Shown piece by piece: positions 60,301 to 64,000 of a DNA stretch of 64,000 bases. The notes under the pieces were generated by a model. It was not told the origin of the DNA. It searched no databases and worked only from the letters and a program-made list of their open reading frames with translations. Positions within the stretch are counted from its first letter, which is position 1, and every line of letters begins with the position of its first letter. The stretch is from Bacteroidota bacterium (GTDB lineage: Bacteria > Bacteroidota > Bacteroidia > Flavobacteriales_C > GCA-002722245): assembly GCA_026390935.1 (NCBI GenBank), contig JAPLEZ010000142.1, positions 35,196-99,195 on the forward strand, read 5' to 3'. Both the position numbers and the translations under genes were made by a program.

Positions 60301-62647
60301 TAGGCATATCGGCTGTGATAGTGGCGTCAACAGTTCCAAGTTTTTCTAAAGAGTATATCCATTGGTAGGTATGTGCTTTGGTTTCGCCAGTTTGGGGAAT
60401 ATAAGTGGCTTCATTGGCGGCAAAAGTGCTTTTTGCTGAGGCATTGTCAATTAAGGCTTGAAAATTCCAAATGATGTCTTTGAAATCGGTGTGAGGAGCG
60501 GCAATTTTACTATTGACGTTCAGGTTGTTGGTGGTCATTTCATTGTAGTTGTCTGCGGCTGCAGCCTGATTTAAACCCAGGTACAATGAACTTCCGTTGA
60601 TGGGTAGAAAACTAATTCCGTGATTGTATTCGGGGTTATAAGGGCCTGGCCACATAGCACTTCCAAACCATGTTTGGTAGCCAACTCCCCATCCCCAAAC
60701 CATTCCGGCGGTGTTGAACCAGTTGCCAGACGGATAGGTTATTTTGTCTTCGTCTTGCCAGTACTGTCTGTAGCCATCAATTTCTGTGGCATAAAGAAAG
60801 GCCCCCAAATCGCGCAAGGTTTTATTGTTTGTTTCTGTCCCCCATAAAGCAACGCCAGAGGCGAAGTTGATGGCTTCGGAGCTAGATTCCTGATTATTAC
60901 CTGCAGTAAAGTTGGAGTGACCCGAAGCCCATGAATGTCCGGCGTAAGGATCAAAATTACGCAGAAATGGAAATTGAGTATTGCTGCGATCCCAGTTGGC
61001 CACATCTTTAATCAACATTTCAACCATTGGTCCCCATTGGGTTTCCCAAGTGTTGTTGGGTTCAAACTTTGCCACAATAGCTGCTGCTTTCACAAAATAG
61101 CCATAGCCGAAATGGTGGTCGTTCAGCTGTCTGTCAGATTCAAAAGCAGAAGGCATTCCAATTAAAGATTGCCATTTTGAATCGTAGTAAAATTGGTCGT
61201 CATTAGGCGCTGCTGCTTTGTTTGTGGTGAACCAGCGTTGCAGGTAGTCTTTGGTCCATTGCCTGAAAGTATCACGAGCAACGGTATGGCCAACCATATC
61301 TGCTAGTTCAATCAAATCGCATACTTTAAGTAAAGCAACTCCAGCTCCATAAACAGCGAGGGACGCATTGTCGGCATAAAAGAAAAAGTTTTTTCCTTTT
61401 ACTAGTTCCGCCTGGACGTAGTTATACAACTTCGTTTTGTCGTAGGTGCCGTAATCGGGCATTCCCGGCAGAAAGCCGTGATTGGTATGTGAATTCACAA
61501 AAGAGCTTCCTTCATATACTTTCATTTCTCCTCGAGCTGTTGATGGGTAACTATATGCTGTTGCTGCGGCAGGGGATGAGGCATCAATGTTTTTCCACTG
61601 GTGCGGATACATAGCCATTAATGTTTTGGTTTCAGTGCTGTTTCCCTGTGGCACGGTGGTGCATGTGAAGGTATTGCGGACAACCGATTTACATTCGTCA
61701 TATTCCCAGGAAACCTTTGTGTCGGTGACAAAAGCAAATGCAAATTTCGCATAATAGGCAAGTGTTGCAGGAGAATTGTCGGGTAATACAGCAACGGAAA
61801 AATAATTTTGTCCCGCTGGCAATTGAACTTTTTGTGCGTCTCGAGGTACATTGTTGTAGGCCATATCGCCTTCCATCTGATTAAGAATGTATGATGCACT
61901 GAGTGTTGTTCCCGGAGGACAAAAGATCCCGTAATGCTTGCCTAAAAGCGTAACTCCTCGGGCTTCAATGGTGGCGTTGGAAATGCTAGCAAAGGGTACA
62001 GGAGTTCCTGCGATGTACCTTAATGTAGGATTGCTTGAGCCTGTTTTTTTAAAATATACATAGGGTGATCCATGACCAGAGGTAGCTTCAAGCACTCTAC
62101 CGGCTCCATCATCCCATTGCATTGTAACCGACCAATCACCATAGCTTTTTACCTTCGTTCCAGTTGAAGCTGGAACATCCATACCGTCCAAACCTACCCA
62201 TAAGTGATTTTCTCTCCAAACGTGATAATCTACCATGCCGCCATTTGCGTTATTGGAAAAAACAGGATTGTTTTCATAGGACACATTTAATCCGTATCGA
62301 GTAGCTTGGATAATTAATGGATGAGGATGCATGAGGAAAGAATACGGAGAAATCAACCAATCAGGATAATAAACACTATTTGGCATTTCGTAACTCCAAA
62401 TGGCCGATGACCACCAATCGTTGGTTTGTATTGGCTGCGAAAAACCGGGTACTACTTTCGGCAACGCACCAGTGCGATCAGCATTGTCAACTCTTTGATA
62501 GTGACTTGTACCAGGCGCCGGATTATTAGGTAAAATAGTTGCGCCTGTTGGCAGTGCTGTCGTATAACTTCCCGCTCCTACCGAAACCGTTTGTGCGGAT
62601 ACAGACAGTGAACTTAAGAGCAGTATAAAGAGTAATCTAAAAATCAT
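57305..62647 (-). CDS. Cell-surface GH81 endo-beta-1,3-glucanase with multiple Ig-like/Cys-rich repeat domains and a T9SS type-B (gliding-motility-associated) C-terminal domain
   Basis: GH81 signatures LNDHHFGYGYF, DPYAGHSWASGH and ESSSEAINF. Signal peptide MIFRLLFILLLSSLSVSAQ, with the start chosen at 62647. C-terminal FVPNSFTPNGDNKNDVF...GRITLIR is the type-B CTD. Internal 780-bp tandem duplication (58561..59340 and 59341..60120). Confidence 0.8.
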   Translation of the reverse strand: MIFRLLFILLLSSLSVSAQTVSVGAGSYTTALPTGATILPNNPAPGTSHYQRVDNADRTGALPKVVPGFSQPIQTNDWWSSAIWSYEMPNSVYYPDWLISPYSFLMHPHPLIIQATRYGLNVSYENNPVFSNNANGGMVDYHVWRENHLWVGLDGMDVPASTGTKVKSYGDWSVTMQWDDGAGRVLEATSGHGSPYVYFKKTGSSNPTLRYIAGTPVPFASISNATIEARGVTLLGKHYGIFCPPGTTLSASYILNQMEGDMAYNNVPRDAQKVQLPAGQNYFSVAVLPDNSPATLAYYAKFAFAFVTDTKVSWEYDECKSVVRNTFTCTTVPQGNSTETKTLMAMYPHQWKNIDASSPAAATAYSYPSTARGEMKVYEGSSFVNSHTNHGFLPGMPDYGTYDKTKLYNYVQAELVKGKNFFFYADNASLAVYGAGVALLKVCDLIELADMVGHTVARDTFRQWTKDYLQRWFTTNKAAAPNDDQFYYDSKWQSLIGMPSAFESDRQLNDHHFGYGYFVKAAAIVAKFEPNNTWETQWGPMVEMLIKDVANWDRSNTQFPFLRNFDPYAGHSWASGHSNFTAGNNQESSSEAINFASGVALWGTETNNKTLRDLGAFLYATEIDGYRQYWQDEDKITYPSGNWFNTAGMVWGWGVGYQTWFGSAMWPGPYNPEYNHGISFLPINGSSLYLGLNQAAAADNYNEMTTNNLNVNSKIAAPHTDFKDIIWNFQALIDNASAKSTFAANEATYIPQTGETKAHTYQWIYSLEKLGTVDATITADMPTYAVFNKNGCKNYVVYNPAGAFAKTKVTFSDGSCFLLPNEDSMYVFNKCPETKIPDSIYVICPNNPVKLKAKDTTCATNYQWDKNGVNIGGANTNTYTASAAGTYHISYNISNCIVKKDTFIVQLKDTINETNITKTCNGTGTSYTLTFDISGGEAPYSVSVNGGATGGPGTLSGTSFTSSLIASGSAYSFIVTDKNSCDVDTISGSKSCSCISNAGTMKQTLIKICGDTAHASASHNNNEILDPNDVLLYYLHSGSGTNLGTVYATGNSPYFNFSSGMVYGTTYYISSVVGTDNGLGEIDLNDPCLSVAKGTPVVFNALPVVNLGTDTVVCQASTITLDAGVNGTYQWSTSETSKTISVSNANDYSVVVTDTNGCKDSDTVNVKNAQAPATPIFSETCNGISDYTVTFTLSGGDSLSYEVLVNGVGPGGPGVLLGNTFTSAPIPSGSAYSFIVKDKNNCTPNIVAGSKNCNCATSAGSMALTAMNVCENANAIAAAATGANLDADDALMYYLHSNNGTLLGTVFGTNTTPSFSFVNPMVYGTTYYISAVAGNSNGGGGIDLSDPCLSVSKGTPVVFNALPTPSIAGNDTVICGTDIQLSGNIASVGTGIWTVSSGSGTFSNITAPNATVNGLTAGTNTFVWTIVNGSCPSSSTSINVQSLLAPSLSDAGNDQVLCNMSTAILAGNSAQLSETGTWTVSSGSATIANANDAASSISGLTAGKTTLLWTISNGVCSSSDSVDIVIESLPSPALAGNDQSICSTTTTLSATVPVIGSGSWKLISGSANIMDVNSPSTQLTELTNGSSTTLLWTTSNGSCPSDTQSVIIKVKALPQINLGEDSTLCDGDNVLLNAGDTSTVNTYIWQDNSTKAQYLAKQPGQYIVRMSSGDCKEISDTIVFDGNCPYSFFVPNSFTPNGDNKNDVFTPSAYNILDFKMDIFNRWGENIFTSTDINTGWNGKGKYGHDSQIDVYVYKITFSVASKNEKTSEKSLIGRITLIR

Positions 62648-62951
62648 CGTTGCAGGATTACGTTTAGAAAAAAAATTAGTTTGCATAGAAAGATCAGTAA
62701 TAAGCATAACTCCAATTTAAAGTAAATCAAAGCAGAAACAAAGTAAAACCATCAAAAGTTACAGCGTAATAAATTGATTTACAGATAGTTAAATTGATGG
62801 TAATTCACGCTTACAAGGCAAAATCGTTATTTGCTAAAAATGTGATAATGAGGCTATTGATTATTTTGGTAACAAGAAGGTTTTACACTTAGTGCGCAAT
62901 TGCAAAAGTGAAGCGTAATTTTATTTTACTAAAAAAGGAGGGAGATTTTTT

Positions 62952-62985
62952 AAAAGCAGACAGTAGTTTAATACTGTCTGCTTTT
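62952..62985 (-). terminator. Rho-independent terminator downstream of the partial gene 62991..64000
   Basis: AAAAGCAGACAGTA (loop GTTTAA) TACTGTCTGCTTTT perfect 14-bp inverted repeat with U-tail. Confidence 0.7.
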
Positions 62986-62990
62986 ACTTT

Positions 62991-64000
62991 TTAATTTTTT
63001 ATCAAAGTGACATAGCCAGTTTGCTCGTAGCTATTTTTGGAAGAATCCGTGTAGTTAACAATCCAATAGTACGTACCTGATGCAGCCAATGAGTTTTTGA
63101 AATAGCCATCCCAAACCGGAATTTGTGGTTCATTTACTTCGAACATCTTAATGCCCCATCTGTCGTAAACAACAAAGTGCATAGCTAAAATATTTTCGCT
63201 GTAGAATTTATAATTTCCATTATCAGTGATGACTTCTTTTTCATTTCCGCAGGGTCTGAAATCATCATTTACACCATCAGAGTTTGGCGTGAACACATCG
63301 GGGAAGCACAACTTTATTGCTTCGCAATATTCACCTACATAAACTGTATCACTTGCAAAGCAGTTGTATTGATTGGATACTGTAACCCAAACACTGTCCG
63401 GTTTTAATAGTGAAGTGCTGTTGACCATTTCTCCAGTAGACCACATTATTGACTTGTAAGTATTTGCAATGGTATCCTTCCAAAGTTCTCCGCCTGTAAA
63501 GCAAACTGTTGTGTCGCTACCAAGAGATACAGATGGTTTAGGATAAATTGTTACTGCAAAAGATGCAGTCGCTTGACAATTATTTTTATCTGTAACTAAA
63601 ACAGTATGTGCTCCATTTGTACCGACAGATTTAGTAGCAATGGCACCAGCGGGCCCAGCATCCCATGAGTATGTTGCTGGCGTGGCAATGGTTGCTTTTA
63701 AAGTTGCGTCCAATAAAATTGTACTACAAGCTGAAGTGTCCTTTAAGCCCAGTACTGGTAAAGAATTTACAGTGATTGTCGCAGTGTTGCTGCTGCTGCA
63801 AGTTGTTGTTGGATCGGTGTAGTTGTATGTTAATGTGTGCGCACCAACTGTTGTAGAAGCAGGATTGTAATTTGCCCCACTTACGCCGCTTCCCGAATAG
63901 GTTCCTCCTACAGGTGAGCCACCTGATAAGGGAAATGCAGGTGCATTAATACATGCACTGGAAGATGGAAGAGTAAATGTTACAACTGGCAGGGCATCCA
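62991..64000 (-). CDS. Partial secreted repeat protein with T9SS type-B C-terminal domain. The N-terminus lies beyond the right window edge
   Basis: C-terminal ...CFPDVFTPNSDGVNDDFRP...GTYYWIVNYTDSSKNSYEQTGYVTLIKN is the type-B CTD. The frame stays open to position 64000. Confidence 0.65.
   Translation of the reverse strand, partial: DALPVVTFTLPSSSACINAPAFPLSGGSPVGGTYSGSGVSGANYNPASTTVGAHTLTYNYTDPTTTCSSSNTATITVNSLPVLGLKDTSACSTILLDATLKATIATPATYSWDAGPAGAIATKSVGTNGAHTVLVTDKNNCQATASFAVTIYPKPSVSLGSDTTVCFTGGELWKDTIANTYKSIMWSTGEMVNSTSLLKPDSVWVTVSNQYNCFASDTVYVGEYCEAIKLCFPDVFTPNSDGVNDDFRPCGNEKEVITDNGNYKFYSENILAMHFVVYDRWGIKMFEVNEPQIPVWDGYFKNSLAASGTYYWIVNYTDSSKNSYEQTGYVTLIKN

Noticed and set aside
1-64000. 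Search for tRNA, rRNA and CRISPR arrays
   Set aside because: No intergenic region shows tRNA-like T-loop/acceptor features or regularly spaced direct repeats. All intergenic gaps are under 450 bp and are accounted for by promoters, terminators or palindromes.

Overview
The window reads as a Bacteroidota chromosome segment (roughly 35-40% GC, no Shine-Dalgarno sites). Conserved housekeeping genes are present: gltB and gltD for NADPH glutamate synthase, ppc for PEP carboxylase, and a PduO-type cobalamin adenosyltransferase. Much of the window is accessory cell-surface content. From left to right the contents are as follows.

(1) Two tandem paralogous giant T9SS-secreted proteins, one of 2139 aa and a second cut by the left window edge. 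They lie in a segmental duplication that includes their promoter. Three tandem, translationally coupled PAS-LuxR regulators sit between them.

(2) An orphan gldM (gliding/T9SS motor) split by a single-base frameshift in an A4 run.

(3) The conserved but functionally uncharacterised Anbu operon (circularly permuted ATP-grasp, alpha-E, transglutaminase-like, Anbu proteasome-like peptidase). Its 3' end carries a 735-bp cassette bounded by 21-bp direct repeats. The cassette holds a small membrane protein and a non-coding segment dense in inverted repeats.

(4) A LytS/LytTR two-component pair.

(5) A beta-glucan utilisation cluster of GH3, GH16, lipoproteins and two large uncharacterised outer-membrane beta-barrels, with no SusC/SusD.

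(6) A hipBA toxin-antitoxin module. A TAGCT-N8-AGCTA palindrome at its promoter recurs 1.7 kb away.

(7) The most unusual item: a 7TMR-DISM membrane receptor fused at its C-terminus to the Zn-ribbon/HTH DNA-binding module of an IS1595-type transposase, with no DDE catalytic domain. It lies beside an 1800-aa GH81 endo-beta-1,3-glucanase that carries a T9SS type-B C-terminal domain and an internal 780-bp tandem duplication.

No rRNA, tRNA, CRISPR array or intact transposase was found. Homology calls rest on recognised motifs read from the translations. No database search could be run.
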